In this document: positions 50,246 to 63,812 of the stretch, piece by piece | Layout of the letters: each line of letters opens with the position of its first letter | Numbering within the stretch: the stretch's first letter is position 1 | Assembly (NCBI GenBank): GCA_051294375.1 | Contig: CM119263.1 | Span: 18,562,816-18,626,627, forward strand | Length of the DNA: 63,812 nt | Reading direction: 5' to 3' | DNA from: Paraspadella gotoi | Lineage: Eukaryota > Animalia > Chaetognatha | Notes under the pieces: generated by a model | Told to the model about the DNA's origin: nothing | What the model saw: only the letters and a program-made list of their open reading frames with translations | Databases searched by the model: none | Made by a program: the position numbers and the translations under genes

Positions 50246-53200
50246 ATAATCTGAGTTTTAAGTAAAATCACCCCATTAAAGATTTACATAATTTATTAAT
50301 AAATTTACAATTAAATTATTTCAAAAGTGAGGATGTCACCAAAAAAAAATTAAAAAAAATATTGCTATTATTTAATATAGAATATAAATTTTTAATATAT
50401 AATAATTTTTTAAATATATTAAATATATATATATGTATTAATATAAAATAAATATTAAATTATAATTAAAAATATAATTATATAATTTAAAGATTATATT
50501 ATAAATAGTTAATTTCTTAAATTTTTAAGAAAATGTATATAGTAATGGAGCCGGGAGTCTTGGAGCCGGTAGCCGGAGCCGAGAGTTTGAAATTCGATTT
50601 GCTGGAGCCGGGACAGCCGGGCCCGATAAAAAAATTTTTGCTGGGAGCACGGAGCCGGAGCTGAGCCTGGTAGAAAAAAATTTTGGCCTGTAGCTGGCAG
50701 CCGGAGGCCGGAGCCGAGGACAAAATTAGGTCGGCTCCACATCCCTGCCCGTCACTATTGATAAGCTTTGCTGTCACTACAAGAGCTTTTTCTCGCACAA
50801 ACTTGCCCAACGGACTTTTTGTGAAAATTTTCCCTCCTATTCGTTCAAATATTTAAGCAATATAAACATTACTTTATCAAACTAATTAAAATTCCGTGAC
50901 CACCAAAAAATTTATTTAGAAATCCAAAGTTTCCGTCGCTCCGAATCGAGAATTTTTCGACGCACCGCACCCACGAATACCTTTTAACCCCATAATGTCC
51001 CCCTTATTCCCTTAACCTTCGGGAGTGCTGACCCATCACAGCCTTCTTATACTGGCAACCAGGGTGTCAATACAATTTTAAGTCAACGTGACTCTGTTCA
51101 GACAACGCTGGCAATTAAAAATCGCGTACAACAATAATAAATTTGTATCTAATTAGAAAAATTACCCATTCATTTAATAATTAAGCTATCTTGCCCTACT
51201 TTGACAGGCGTTTGAAGTGGTTTAAGAGGCCTTCCATCCATCTTACAAAATAATGACAAAATCAGGGGGTTCCCTGCAAGCTTTTCAAATCAAGACCCAA
51301 CTTGTATCACAGCTCGTTTATTCATCTCCCCAGTTAACCTGGCTTCTCTTAACAATGAAAGTAGATTAATATTTATAAGAATATTTTCAAATTGTGAGAA
51401 ATATGAAAAGATAATAAATTAATCTAATTCTTCTCTTTTGACTCAAAATAAGTAAGTTAAGTCATCCATCCATCTTACAAGTGATCAACAAAAAGCAAGT
51501 CTTTGCAAGCGCTTTCAAATCGAGATTCTCTTCACAGTCTAGGTGTTATAAACTCCCGAGGAGCCGGGCTTATAATACAATATTACAATTTAACTTTTTT
51601 AAAGCCGTACACTTCACGACGACGTGAGTCCTTAACGTCAACGCCTCGAAGCATTAAGAACCTTTTAGCAGCAAACTCGATTTATTTATGAACTCGTACT
51701 CCTTCTAAATCACGTGAGCTTCATTCACGATTCTAATCACGGACCGCGTTCTCTGCTCACAGCGAAGATTCGGACCCGAAATCACGATCGTCGGACAAAT
51801 GACGAGGAATCGCTGCGAGGATGAGAAAAGGAGGAGAGGGAAGGAGCGAAGGAAAAAGAGGAAGAGGAAGGGAGGGAAGGTGAGACAGAGAGAAGCCGAG
51901 GAGAGGGGGAAGGCGTAAACACGTAAACGGTTACCGAAGGGAAAGGAAAGAAAAGGCGGGAGGAGGCAAAGGAATCCGCTAAATGGAAGGTGAAACCAGG
52001 TTGGTGAAACAAAATGTCCTTTTACAAAGTGTACATTCGTCGTTCGTTTTTTCGTCACGGTCGTTGTCGTCGTCGTCGTTATTCTTTCTTGCCGCCGCCC
52101 AAAAAGTCGTATTGTTTGTCGTCCTCATTGTCAGTAATTTGTCATCTCGTTGCCATTTTTTTTCGTCCGTTCGACGATGTGTCTTTTTCATCATCGTTAG
52201 CCCTTTTTCTCATCTTCGACTCCGTTTTCGGTCGTCGTCGTCGTCAATGTCATCTGTTTCCATTGTCATCCGTCGTCGGTCGTCGGTGTGTCGTCGTCAC
52301 GTCGTCTCCGTCCGTCGTCGGATAGATTTCCTTCAATTGGAAGTTTTAACGATTCCTTTCGGAATAAAAAAGCCGCCGGAGGATGAAATCGTCGGTGGAG
52401 ATGGTTTGTGGGAGTAAAACTGATTGTGTGTTACAGGTGTGGGCGTTGAAAATTAGCATTTGTGTTGTGGCGTTTCTTGATTGCAGCGGTGTTTTTGGGG
52501 CATGATTGTATTTGGCTCGTCTTTATTTTGGCAGGGGAATGTTATGGGGCCTTACTGATTGTGGGTGGTTCCTGATGATGCCGGCGCAAAAGTTTACGGC
52601 TCTCGATTGATTGTACAAGCGTCCTTGATATAAGTGTTTGGCAAAAATCGCTGATGGTAATGAGTTTTTGTACTGTTAAGTTGGTGATTCTTGTTTTTGG
52701 TTTGTGGCGTCGAAGGAGCAGTGGCGCTGGTTTTACCGTGCTCAACGAAGTGGCGTCGGTCGAAGAGAAGTGACGCTATAGGGCAAGCGACGTCACGCTA
52801 AAAGGGGACCGAGGATTGACGGCGTCTTTTGAAGCGGCTGCGGCGGCCGGCGCGTGGCGGCGGCGCAGTGGCGGGCGTGATTGTAACCTTTTATATGCGT
52901 TCGCGCTCGTAACATTTTAAAAGCGAGATGGGTTGATTTAGGAGAGGAGAGAGAGAGAGAAAAAAGAAGAGAGAAGAAGATGAGCGATGAGAGGAACGAG
53001 GGAGAGAGAGACGAGAGAGAGGAAGATGAGATGAGAAGAGAGAGACGCATCGGGAGAAAGAGACTGATATCGGAGAGAGACATGAGAAGACCAGAGCAGG
53101 AGGAGAGAGAAGAGGGACCACTTACTACTGAAATGATGCTAAAAGTACTGTCAAATTATGGGATCAAAAAGGAAAAAAGGGGGAGAAGCTGCAGGTCCTG

Positions 53201-54657
53201 CGAGAGGTAAATAAAATCTTGGAATGAACTAAATAAAAAAGAAAATGACCAAAGCAACAAGTAATAGAAAAAAGATTGGTTTAACCAAGGCTGAAAAAAG
53301 ATCAAAGAAAAAAGAAAATTAAATTATTTGTTATTTTCATCTAGTTAACTCGGCTAAAAAACTAAAAAAAAAGAATAACTTGTAAAAACCTTAATTAATT
53401 TTATTTTTCAAATAAAATTTTAAAAACGAAGATCGTAGCACGAGTGACACTTTTTGTTTATTTGCAAGCGATGACACAGAAAGTCCCCTCTATTCCTTTA
53501 CGAGTATATGTCAAAAAGCGCTAACTGGTAACAATTTACAAAAATATATGCAAACTTGTCTCAAAAATTGGTCACAAAAGAGGAACGTTAACTTTCTTAA
53601 AAATAAAAAAAAAAAAAAACCAATAAACTTTTTTTAACGTTGAGGCGTTACGACGTGATGATTTAAGGCTGAGATTGAACACGAAAAAGACACTTTGGAT
53701 TAAATTTGATAAAAAAAGAAAATATTAGACATAAAATTAGAAAAAGTTTAAGAAAAACGAAAAAACAGAGAAGAAGTTCATGAGCAGTAGAGAATCTTCA
53801 CTCGAAATCTTCAGCCCTTTATTACGCATTCATCAATCCAAGTTGACGTAAAATCTGTCTCTACTCTTCTCTCTCTCTCCGAGATCTCTCTGCTTCTCTC
53901 TCTCCTCTCTCCTCTCTCTCTCTCTCTCCTCTCTCTCTCCATTCTTCCAACAACCCCCACCTAAATTGAACCCACCCGCTGGCGACGCTATCACGTCCGG
54001 GATGTTTGGATTATAGAGTTGAATCCGACACCTTGTCTTCCGGTGTTCTTGAAAAAGATGAACTATTATAAGGATGCAATCCTCGCATTTCTCGACTCTC
54101 CGCCTGCTCCAGAACGATACGGGATGTAAATGATCCCTGGGGGGGGAAAAAGGCCTGGTTAAGCGAGAAGGTAATGAACGAAAAGAAAAAAAAAATCAAG
54201 GTGATGATAGAGAGAGAAATGAAGAGTGGATGAGAAGATGGGTGAGAGAGAATGCGAGGAAAAAGACAAGAAAGAAAATACTGTAAAAGAATAATATGAG
54301 AGAACGACCGAGAGCACAGCGAAGCAATGTACTCGTCGTCGTTAAAAGAGCTCACAAGGGAGGAATGAGGAGACAATCTTGTGGCACCGCGAACCGATGA
54401 CAGGAACAATCTTGAGAATTCCGTTCCTAAAAATTAAAAATACTAATAGGATTTAAGATCCCGTCCCATCCCAACCGCCCAGATTTCATGATCTAGAGAA
54501 TACTGATGTTGTGTTGCGAAAGACAACGGTAGAGTAAATAAGAAAGAGAAGAGAGAGAGAAGACAGTGGAAAGAGAGGGGGAGAAATAGTACAGAAAAAA
54601 GAAAGAAAAGAGAAAGGGATAGAAGTAAGACCAAAGAAGAAAGAAAGAGAGAAAGAA

Positions 54658-54702
<45 letters not shown>

Positions 54703-54913
54703 TGACAGAGAGGTGAGAAATAGTGAGAGAAAGAAAAGAAAGAAGAAAGAAAGAAAGAAGATAGAAAGATAAAGAAAGAGAGAGAGTGATTAGAGAAGAG
54801 AAAGACAAGACAGAGAGAGAAAGAGAGAACCGCCCCAAACTCTCAAAAGTCTTCAACCCGCAAAAAAAAAAAAAAAAAAAAAAGAAACAAATGTTTTTCG
54901 CCCGAGATTCGAT

Positions 54914-54943
54914 TGCGTCACTTACGTCACGTGACGTCACGTG
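54914..54943. promoter_or_regulatory. Candidate cluster of overlapping CRE and E-box (CLEAR/USF-type) motifs
   Basis: TGCGTCA, TTACGTCA (54922-54929), GTCACGTGAC (54926-54935), TGACGTCA (54932-54939) and CACGTG (54938-54943). The cluster includes the perfect 16-bp palindrome CACGTGACGTCACGTG. Function is inferred only. Confidence 0.35.
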
Positions 54944-57900
54944 CATTACGAAAAAAAATGACCAGCACGACAATAACAACAACAACCACACTCGTCTTTA
55001 TTAGTCGGTCGCACAAGGGGAAATGTGATTGAGTAATCTTGCGAGAAAATAAAGTCATTTTGACTTTCGCTGATGCCGTCGTCGTCGTATCCTCCGCGCT
55101 TCGTCCTCATCATCGTCGTCGTCTTTACCAAGTCAGTTCTCAAGTGTCGTACCTGTCCGGTCGTTTCATCATCCTCGAGAGTGCTAACAGGTAACATATG
55201 CAAATCGTACAAGCTGAGTCGTCTTTTTAGTCATCGCGTTGTCGTCCTGAGTCGGTTCGATGTCAAGTTCGTCAAGCAATACAAGTCTTGTGTCGTATCG
55301 TCGTTTCTTTCTTGGGTTCATCGTCTTCTCCATCCGGCGAATATTGAAAATGCGTGGTTCGTCAGCCGCCATCTTTCTCAGGCTGAGAATCGGTGCCTCG
55401 AAGGCGAACGTACATTCTATTCTTTTGACAGATACTGCTACACGTATACGGAAAAATAGGAACGGACCAAGATGCGTGCTACTCCGTCTTGTTTTATAAA
55501 CACGTACTCACAGACAGGACTGAAGATATTCAAATACTCACCGTTCAACACCAATCAGACAGCCACTGCTAATATCCACCGGCGACTCTCATCTAGTTGT
55601 GGGACTGTATCGAATGTAAGTAAGTGATGATACAATTTTATAATAGCTCTTGTCCAGTGAGTGGATTTTTATGTGTTGCATTATAATAAGGGTAATTAAA
55701 AGTACTGTAATAAAGTGACGCAACCTTGCCCCACAGAATTATAATATCCCTGTAACATAAAAGCCAAAAGTAATATACCTCATTTTGTGAAAATCCATCA
55801 AAGGATGATGAAGTTAATGATGGTACCGAGATCCCTATTGCCTAGAGTATCATCCTTCTTCTTCCCCATACATTGTTATAATACATCTTAGTGCGTTTAT
55901 TAGACATGGTATAATGATTTAGCGCACTTACAAGGTCGTTAATTATACATATGTAAGAACTTCTAGCAATGAAAAAATTTAAATAATCGTAAGCAAACTT
56001 ATCTTTTGTAACCATTTTAGCCCTCGATCCGTCCACTGTTCCCGAGCTTTACCTTTACCCGACTTAACAATTAATTAAATTCACACTACATTTTTTTTCC
56101 CGTGTACGCCTATCCTCCGTGAGATAGTCTTTCGGCTGTTTCATTATACCTTGTGGGATGGTCGGACGTATTTACGTTGCCAACTCTCCATACAAATCTC
56201 ACAACTTGGGTATTCGCTAATAAAATTTAAAGCCGCAAATGAATCTTATAATTGATGAACCCGGGGACGTATACCCCGTTAATCGTTAGAATAAAACAAA
56301 CTTGAATTAATGAGAAGCAGTATTTCTAATTTCAAATCTCAGGACCCGGAAGCGCGACCATCCACTCTGACTTTACCACGATATACATCCACAATCTATG
56401 AATTTAATGCCTCCACTCGATCCATTAGACGCGTCAATAACGTTATACATACAGTTACATTCTGAGAGTTCATTAATTATGTAGGCCTGTTATTATTAAT
56501 TAAAGATATTAGATTTTAATAATAGATTATCATTAGTAGTTAAGGTTGCCGGATCCGCAAATGATCGACAGACAAAAGACCGCAGAAGACGACGGAATGA
56601 TGCGAGATATTACCTTATCCAACCAATTAATGCCACGCTTCTATAATACCTCTGCTTTGACAACTCTAACTCAATTCGATTCGTAGATGATGATAAAAAT
56701 ACTGATCTACTGTGACTATAAATGATGTGCCTGCGATCTATACTTACTTACTATATCTATCATTAACTCTGCACTCAATCATCCTCAATCTCTGCATGAT
56801 AACTCTCATACATCTTGCCTACTCTTCTCTACTTTCATACTTACATACTACATTAATAACAATACCAATTCTACTCAAATCATACAATAACCTCTCTCTA
56901 CTCTCATCTTACTATCTACTTCATCTACATCTTCTCTCATCTCTCTCTCTCTCTCTCTCAGCACAGCACATTCAGTAATTCTTCCGACCNNNNNNNNNNN
57001 NNNNNNNNNNNNNNTCTCTCTCTCTCTTTGATTTAAATCACCCGGACGTTGAAACGAGCGTCGATTATTTCAAATGATTTACGTTTGGTCGTCGGTAGTG
57101 AATCTCCGGTCCGAAGCGTCGGCTTTCACTTCGCTCCTCAGTTGTGAGTTTCACGTCGTGAATCAATCGCGCTCTGGCGAAAAAGAGGGAAGTAACCTCA
57201 GATTTTCTGCAGTCAAAACGATTGTAGTATCAAGTATAGAGTATAGAGAAAGAGGGACGTAATTCGGTAAACTTGTCATTGTTAAAGAAAATATTTTTTT
57301 AACTTTTTAAACTGACAGACTAAATTGTTATTTTCGATGACAAATATTTTTTTGTTTTTCTAAGCTACTTTGGCTCCGAAAGCCAGAATTGTCTTTCACA
57401 TTTTCAAATATTCGTCAGATTTTTTCCCTTTTTTCTCTTCTTCAATAATGCTCTGTCTCTATCGTTTTCTCCAACTCAGTCTCACGTTGTGCGGCAGATT
57501 CTCTCATTCCTGTGACTCTTTTACAGACGCGTCAAATTTAGTTTTTCGCTTCACAAAATTTAATCTTATTTTTTTNNNNNNNNNNNNNNNNNNNNNNNNN
57601 NNNNNNNNNNNNNNNNNNNNNNNNNNNNNNNNNNNNNNNNNNNNNNNNNNNNNNNNNNNNNNNNNNNNNNNNNNNNNNNNNNNNNNNNNNNNNNNNNNNN
57701 NNNNNNNNNNNNNNNNNNNNNNNNNNNNNNNNNNNNNNNNNNNNNNTTTTTTTTTTTCGCCACCGAACTAATTTGCATAATCCATTAAGTCGGCGCCGAT
57801 GGAGAATCCGGCGTCGTTCTCCGCGGCGTCGGTAGGGGACGCGTCATAGCGACGCCGTTCGTGTCCGCGCCATTAAAAAAAAGCTATAAACAACCTGAAA

Positions 57901-58632
57901 AAAAAAAAATTTGTTTTCATTCGTCCGTTCGACAAGTGTACCAGAGTCCATTAAGGGACGAAGGGGGACTTGTGAAGTTTAGTGAGAGAGAATGTTGAAC
58001 TAAATGTTTTTAAAAAAAAATATGTGAAAAGTAAAGATATAAAATTATATCCAGGAAACTTCGACCAACTAGTACGTAATATGTACCTAATACCTGTATT
58101 TCCGACTAAGCGTGCAATTTTGATTTACAGTTCGTAAATCAAACTTCGTTAAAAACGTTTCGAACCTCCTTTAATGAATTCTAATTCACCTTCGGTTCTC
58201 GTCTCAACAAACAATTTCACGCTCCCTGCCTCGTTGCTGCTAAATCCTAGAATTTACGTTTTATCGCGAGAATAAAAAAAAAGCGTAAAGTTCGCTAAAT
58301 CCGTCCGCCTTCGTTATTCCCACAAAACGCTAATCTCCTCTCCGCGAGCCCTCAATTCTCCGCNNNNNNNNNNCGTCACGTCTTCACCTTCACCTGGAAT
58401 CTGGATGTGAGGCGTTGGGCGTGAAGAGTTGAGCTGAGNNNNNNNNNNNNNNNNNNNNNNNNNNNNNNNNNNNNNNNNNNNNNNNNNNNNNNNNNNNNNN
58501 NNNNNNNNNNNNNNNNNNNNNNNNNNNNNNNNNNNNNNNNNNNNNNNNNNNNNNNNNNNNNNNNNNNNNNNNNNNNNNNNNNNNNNNNNNNNNNNNNNNN
58601 NNNNNNNNNNNNNNNNNNNNNNNNNNNNNNNN

Positions 58633-58665
<33 letters not shown>

Positions 58666-60178
58666 TTCGTGGAGGGAAAAATGAAATTAATGAAGGGATT
58701 TGGGAGCGAAGATTAAGATTACGTTAAATTTCTGTATTATAAGAGAGATTAGAGAATGTGAAGCGTTTAATAAAAAGAGTAGTATCTTAAAGGGAGAATT
58801 TATCCCATAATGCCGTTATTGGAAATTTGGGATATCATTGTATCACCTCCCTTACATTTTTCCTCCCCACTGTGGCGCAGTTCATTATTCAAACGTGAAA
58901 ATATATTCTCCAAAACCATAAATACCAACGGCATTATTCAACCCCATATACCTCGCAGTGTTGAGGCAAAAAAAAAAGCCAAAGGAGAAAAAAGAAAAAA
59001 AATGTTTTATCTTTTTTCTCTTCTCTCCTCATCGTTTTATCTTCATCCCGCGATGACGCGCCAGACGCCCGGAAGCGGCGAGCGGCGGCGGCGGCGGCGG
59101 CGGCGGGAGCAGCGGCGGAAACTGAAAGTGAAGCGGACTTAACGTCACCGGGTTTACGGTCTCCGCCTTGACGTGCTGGGGTTGACGCTCGTAGGATGGG
59201 GTAGGGGAAAAGTGGTAGGTAAGTCTGAGGCAGGCTTAAAGGCTCGGCTGAAAGGATGGGTAAGTTCTTGCGAAGTTTTGTTGTATCGCGATGAAAAAAG
59301 GCGAATGGCGCAGTAAAACCTCAAACGCCGCTTCCATCTTGCATCGAACGCGAGCGACGANNNNNNNNNNNNNNNNNNNNNNNNNNNNNNNNNNNNNNNN
59401 NNNNNNNNNNNNNNNNNNNNNNNNNNNNNNNNNNNNNNNNNNNNNNNNNNNNNNNNNNNNNNNNNNNNNNNNNNNNNNNNNNNNNNNNNNNNNNNNNNNN
59501 NNNNNNNNNNNNNNNNNNNNNNNNNNNNNNNNNNNNNNNNNNNNNNNNNNNNNNNNNNNNNNNNNNNNNNNNNNNNNNNNNNNNNNNNNNNNNNNNNNNN
59601 NNNNNNNNNNNNNNNNNNNNNNNNNNNNNNNNNNNNNNNNNNNNNNNNNNNNNNNNNNNNNNNNNNNNNNNNNNNNNNNNNNNNNNNNNNNNNNNNNNNN
59701 NNNNNNNNNNNNNNNNNNNNNNNNNNNNNNNNNNNNNNNNNNNNNNNNNNNNNNNNNNNNNNNNNNNNNNNNNNNNNNNNNNNNNNNNNNNNNNNNNNNN
59801 NNNNNAGAAAGAAAGAAAGAAAGAAAGAAAGAAAAAGAAATAAAGGAAAAAAAATAAAAGAGTTTCTATTCTGGGAGGAATTAATTTTTCTTCTGGTGTA
59901 GCGGCGTTGCCGGCTTTTCTACCGCCGCCGCCGCCGACGTCGCCGCCGACGGCGCTAACGTTATGGATTCCAGATTCCATGTAAATGAGGGGAAGGAAGA
60001 GGAATAAAGGAATAAAGAATGAAAGAAAGAAAATCAAAGTAAAAAAAGACAAGCAAAACTGAAGTGAGAAGAATGAAAAAGAAAGAAAGAAAGAAAGAAA
60101 AAAACTCGAGGGCGAAAGAGTCAGACGGTGGGAGATGAATTCATCAAAAAGAGGTGATACGACCAGGCCTGCGAAAAG

Positions 60179-60246
<68 letters not shown>

Positions 60247-63202
60247 CTTTTCGAACTCTCACGACTTTGGTACATGCCAGCTTTTGTATCCTATTCTCAG
60301 ACAAGAGAAAAATGAAGTATAATTTTCAACGCAAGATCACAGAGGGTTCAAAGAAGGTTTTTTAAAATTTCTTTTACAAAGCCCCCGTCCAAATATGTAG
60401 AGACGCTTTTGCGTTTCCATCACGAATTTTGCCGCGCGTATTTCACTGGTAACGCGACCAGATTGTTAGTCGGTCCACGTCCTCTTTGTTCCAGACGGCG
60501 CCGTCTCTTCTGCCACCGACGCCTCGATTTTCACGCCAGGCGAAGTCACTTTCGTTTTTCCTCCCACAGCGTTGCCTCTTCGCCTCCTCGGCGTCACGCG
60601 CCATTCGTCATCCGGCGTCGTAATTCATCGGCGTCAAAAAAAATACCGGAAGCGGCGAAGCTTTCGCCGGGAGATGAACCGGAATCGGAAGTCGAGTGCC
60701 GAGAGAGGGAGTTCGAGAAGGAATAGGGGCTAAAGGAGGAGGGCATGGCGGATTAAACAGGGTGAGACGTTCTCATTAAAACGCCACCTAAAGTCGCTTG
60801 ATGGACGAGAAAAGCGACAAACTCGAGAGAGAAATCCAAAATTTGACGTCTTTGTTGGATTCGCGTTTCTTGAAAAATTGAATTTGGATTTGACTGGATT
60901 TGCCAGGGAACAATGGATTTGTAAAAAGTAATTTCTCAAGATCGTGAGAGTGAAATGAGCCTTTATCAGTTTAATCGGTGCCATGATCATAATAACTAAT
61001 AATCCAGTACCTTTTTGTTTTGATTATAATGCAAACTATGCGAACGTTTACTGCCAAAATTCAAAGCCACTTTTTGTGCAAACTCTCGAGAACGCCGCTG
61101 TTTGCCTCTTGACTTTGGCCAAAAAACGAGTTTGCTCTCTTCGTCGCAACTTTACGAGTTTCCTCCGCCAAAAAGCGAAAAAGCGGCGCAGGAATTAGTG
61201 CCGTCTATAAACCCGGGCGCCGAGCAAATCCAGCGCCAGATCCTGGCGTAACTTAGACCGCGGATGTTTAACGGCGCAACAGAAAATAACCCTTTAACCG
61301 GACAGAAAAAAAAACGTTAAACCGGAAATGTCGGGGAAATCCGGGAGGAACCGAATGTGACGTCATCGGCGATAAACCGAAGGAGAAGATGGAGGATTAA
61401 ATGAAGCGATGGAGCGAAGGATGCGATGGAGCGAGATGAAAAGAGAGGAGCGAGATAGAGAAGAAAAGGGGGATAGTTAAAGAGTAGAAGAGGAAGGTGG
61501 GAGAGAAGATAAGGAGCTCAGAAGGAAGTTGAGCGATAGAGAAAGATTAGTCAAGGAGAGGAAGAGAGAGGAGCCTGGGAGGAAGGAGAAAGAGAGGAGC
61601 TAGAAGGAAAATAAAAAGGAAATATTAAAAAAAAGGTTTTATAAAAATGAAAAAAGAGATCAAGATGAAAAACGAGGAATGTAAATGTCTCCAAGACGTG
61701 GAGACAAGGAGATTCGCCCACTTCCTCCGTTTAAACCCTCCGACGCGAAAAAAGACATAAAAAAAAAAAAATACGTGAAAATATGACGTTTGGCGCGAAT
61801 GACGTATCGAACGGCCGCGTAGGGAACCGTCATCGTGGATGCGTTACAGAAGTTTCGCGTCATTTCGGCAAAGTCACGTGACCATATTCGATCTACGCGA
61901 AACGAGACGAGTCTATGGGCGACGAGTCGAGTTATTGAGTCGTTTCGTCGATGGCTTATTTACTCTTAACTGCGACGCCGAATCGAGATCTCGTTGAGCA
62001 AATGCGACGAATAAAAACTCTTTGGCTCAATGAGACTAGACGTTGTTTCCTTGCTTCGGCTTGCTGCAACTGCGACGGGGGGAGGGATATTTCGAAGATG
62101 CCAAATCGACGCGTCAAAACTGACTTTCCCGTTTTATTTAGTTACCATTAAAACGTTGTTTTTTATGTGTTAGTTTTTTCTCACTCTTTACTTCTCTTTT
62201 TTTCATTTTTTATCGATCTTCGTTTTTATCTCTCCCAACTTCCACCCGCGCTCCTCATCCTCGAGCATCATCCGGAACCGACCGCTCCCGCGAGGCCTTT
62301 TCGACGTTTATACACTTTGGCANNNNNNNNNNNNNNNNNNNNNNNNNNNNNNNNNNNNNNNNNNNNNNNNNNNNNNNNNNNNNNNNNNNNNNNNNNNNNN
62401 NNNNNNNNNNNNNNNNNNNNNNNNNNNNNNNNNNNNNNNNNNNNNNNNNNNNNNNNNNNNNNNNNNNNNNNNNNNNNNNNNNNNNNNNNNNNNNNNNNNN
62501 NNNNNNNNNNNNNNNNNNNNNNNNNNNNNNNNNNNNNNNNNNNNNNNNNNNNNNNNNNNNNNNNNNNNNNNNNNNNNNNNNNNNNNNNNNNNNNNNNNNN
62601 NNNNNNNNNNNNNNNNNNNNNNNNNNNNNNNNNNNNNNNNNNNNNNNNNNNNNNNNNNNNNNNNNNNNNNNNNNNNNNNNNNNNNNNNNNNNNNNNNNNN
62701 NNNNNNNNNNNNNNNNNNNNNNNNNNNNNNNNNNNNNNNNNNNNNNNNNNNNNNNNNNNNNNNNNNNNNNNNNNNNNNNNNNNNNNNNNNNNNNNNNNNN
62801 NNNNNNNNNNNNNNNNNNNNNNNNNNNNNNNNNNNNNNNNNNNNNNNNNNNNNNNNNNNNNNNNNNNNNNNNNNNNNNNNNNNNNNNNNNNNNNNNNNNN
62901 NNNNNNNNNNNNNNNNNNNNNNNNNNNNNNNNNNNNNNNNNNNNNNNNNNNNNNNNNNNNNNNNNNNNNNNNNNNNNNNNNNNNNNNNNNNNNNNNNNNN
63001 NNNNNNNNNNNNNNNNNNNNNNNNNNNNNNNNNNNNNNNNNNNNNNNNNNNNNNNNNNATGAATATTTTATCTATTTTCTCGCTTTTCTTTTGTTTTCTC
63101 CTTTTTTGCACAACAGGAATTGTTTTTCTCCGACGCTTTCAGTCTCGCAGATTCGCAGCTGGGTCGAGGTTGAACCAAGTTTAATATCGATCAATCTGTT
63201 GC

Positions 63203-63234
<32 letters not shown>

Positions 63235-63812
63235 ACTCTCTCTCTCTCTCTCTCTCTTCATCGACTACCGATATGGCCACATCAATTGCTGAGTCGATGC
63301 CAGTCGGTACCAGGCGACGTTAATCAATAGATGTCGATGCCAGTCGATGACAGGCGTTACCAGACGATGTCGGACTTAAGAAAAAGATATCAATTCGAGT
63401 CAATACTTGACTGCACCTGGAGAGTAAGATTCCGATTATCTCGAATTTTAAGATTTCCTATAATTGTTTAGCAAAAAATTTAAAAAAAAACAAAAAACAA
63501 TGGAAACAATATTGAAAAGAATAAAAATCATTGCTTTTTGTGTTTTTTCCCGCATTTATTCGATGACATTTGAGTTCATAACTGAGTTGCACGCAGTCGT
63601 CGCTGCCTCGTCGCCGGCGCTGCGTCGCCGCCGTCGCGTCTCTCCGCTCTTCCTACTGTTCGATTAATTATCATCGCGACGACATTTTAGACTTCGATCA
63701 AATTAAAACGATGCCGAGTTTGTTCCGGTTGGCGACGGCGCCGGCGCCTCCGCCACCTCCGCCGCCGCCTCCGCCACCTCCGCCGCCGCCGCTGCCGACG
63801 CCGCCGAGTCAG

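Larger units (their letters stand above)
46692..50747. mobile_element. Non-autonomous hAT-superfamily DNA transposon (~4.06 kb)
   Basis: Terminal inverted repeats CAGGGATGTGG... / ...CCACATCCCTG. An exact 8-bp target-site duplication CCCGTCAC sits at 46684-46691 and 50748-50755. Both ends have subterminal arrays of GGAGCC/GGAGCT (about 46706-46897 and 50547-50737). There is no long internal ORF. An 8-bp TSD with CAGG termini is typical of hAT elements. Confidence 0.85.

Noticed and set aside
51232-51560. Diverged ~230-bp-spaced repeat (TCCATCCATCTTACAA...TGCAAGC..TTTCAAATC)
   Set aside because: The similarity is real but there are only two noisy copies and no interpretable structure. It is probably a repeat remnant or a fill overlap.
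55073-55459. 128-aa Cys-containing ORF as a possible anosmin WAP exon
   Set aside because: It lacks WAP cysteine spacing (no KCC/GCG pattern) and FN3 signatures.
55500-56990. Compositionally distinct segment before a gap, possibly a gene or TE fragment
   Set aside because: There is no recognisable ORF or terminal structure. It looks like low-accuracy gap-extension sequence.
60493-60678. Open phase-1 frame after TTCCAG as a possible anosmin exon 2
   Set aside because: It translates DGAVSSATDASIFTP... with no cysteines, ends at a stop, and has no good donor.

Overview
Gappy draft-assembly window from an AT-rich animal (probably invertebrate) genome. It has many N gaps, abundant GA/CT, AAAG, GAT and GTC microsatellites, and several indel-rich stretches that look like uncorrected long-read gap fill. 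Almost all listed ORFs are artefacts of microsatellites or N runs. One real coding exon is recognisable: 19792-20098 (+), a signal peptide plus the cysteine-rich N-terminal box of an anosmin-1 (ANOS1/KAL1) homologue, ending at a GTAAGT donor. No downstream WAP/FN3 exon is visible, so the remaining ~43.7 kb is probably intron. The most interesting non-coding signal is a ~225-bp palindrome (14086-14310) made of two back-to-back minimal hammerhead-ribozyme motifs of the Penelope-like-element type. Also present: a ~4.06-kb non-autonomous hAT element with an 8-bp TSD (46692-50747) carrying a nested foldback and degenerate CCCTAA repeats, a Helentron/DINE-1-like composite repeat (~37190-39570), a foldback element (~12920-13390), and several near-tandem duplications that are most likely assembly artefacts. 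All family assignments come from reading the sequence and from recalled family knowledge; no searches were run.
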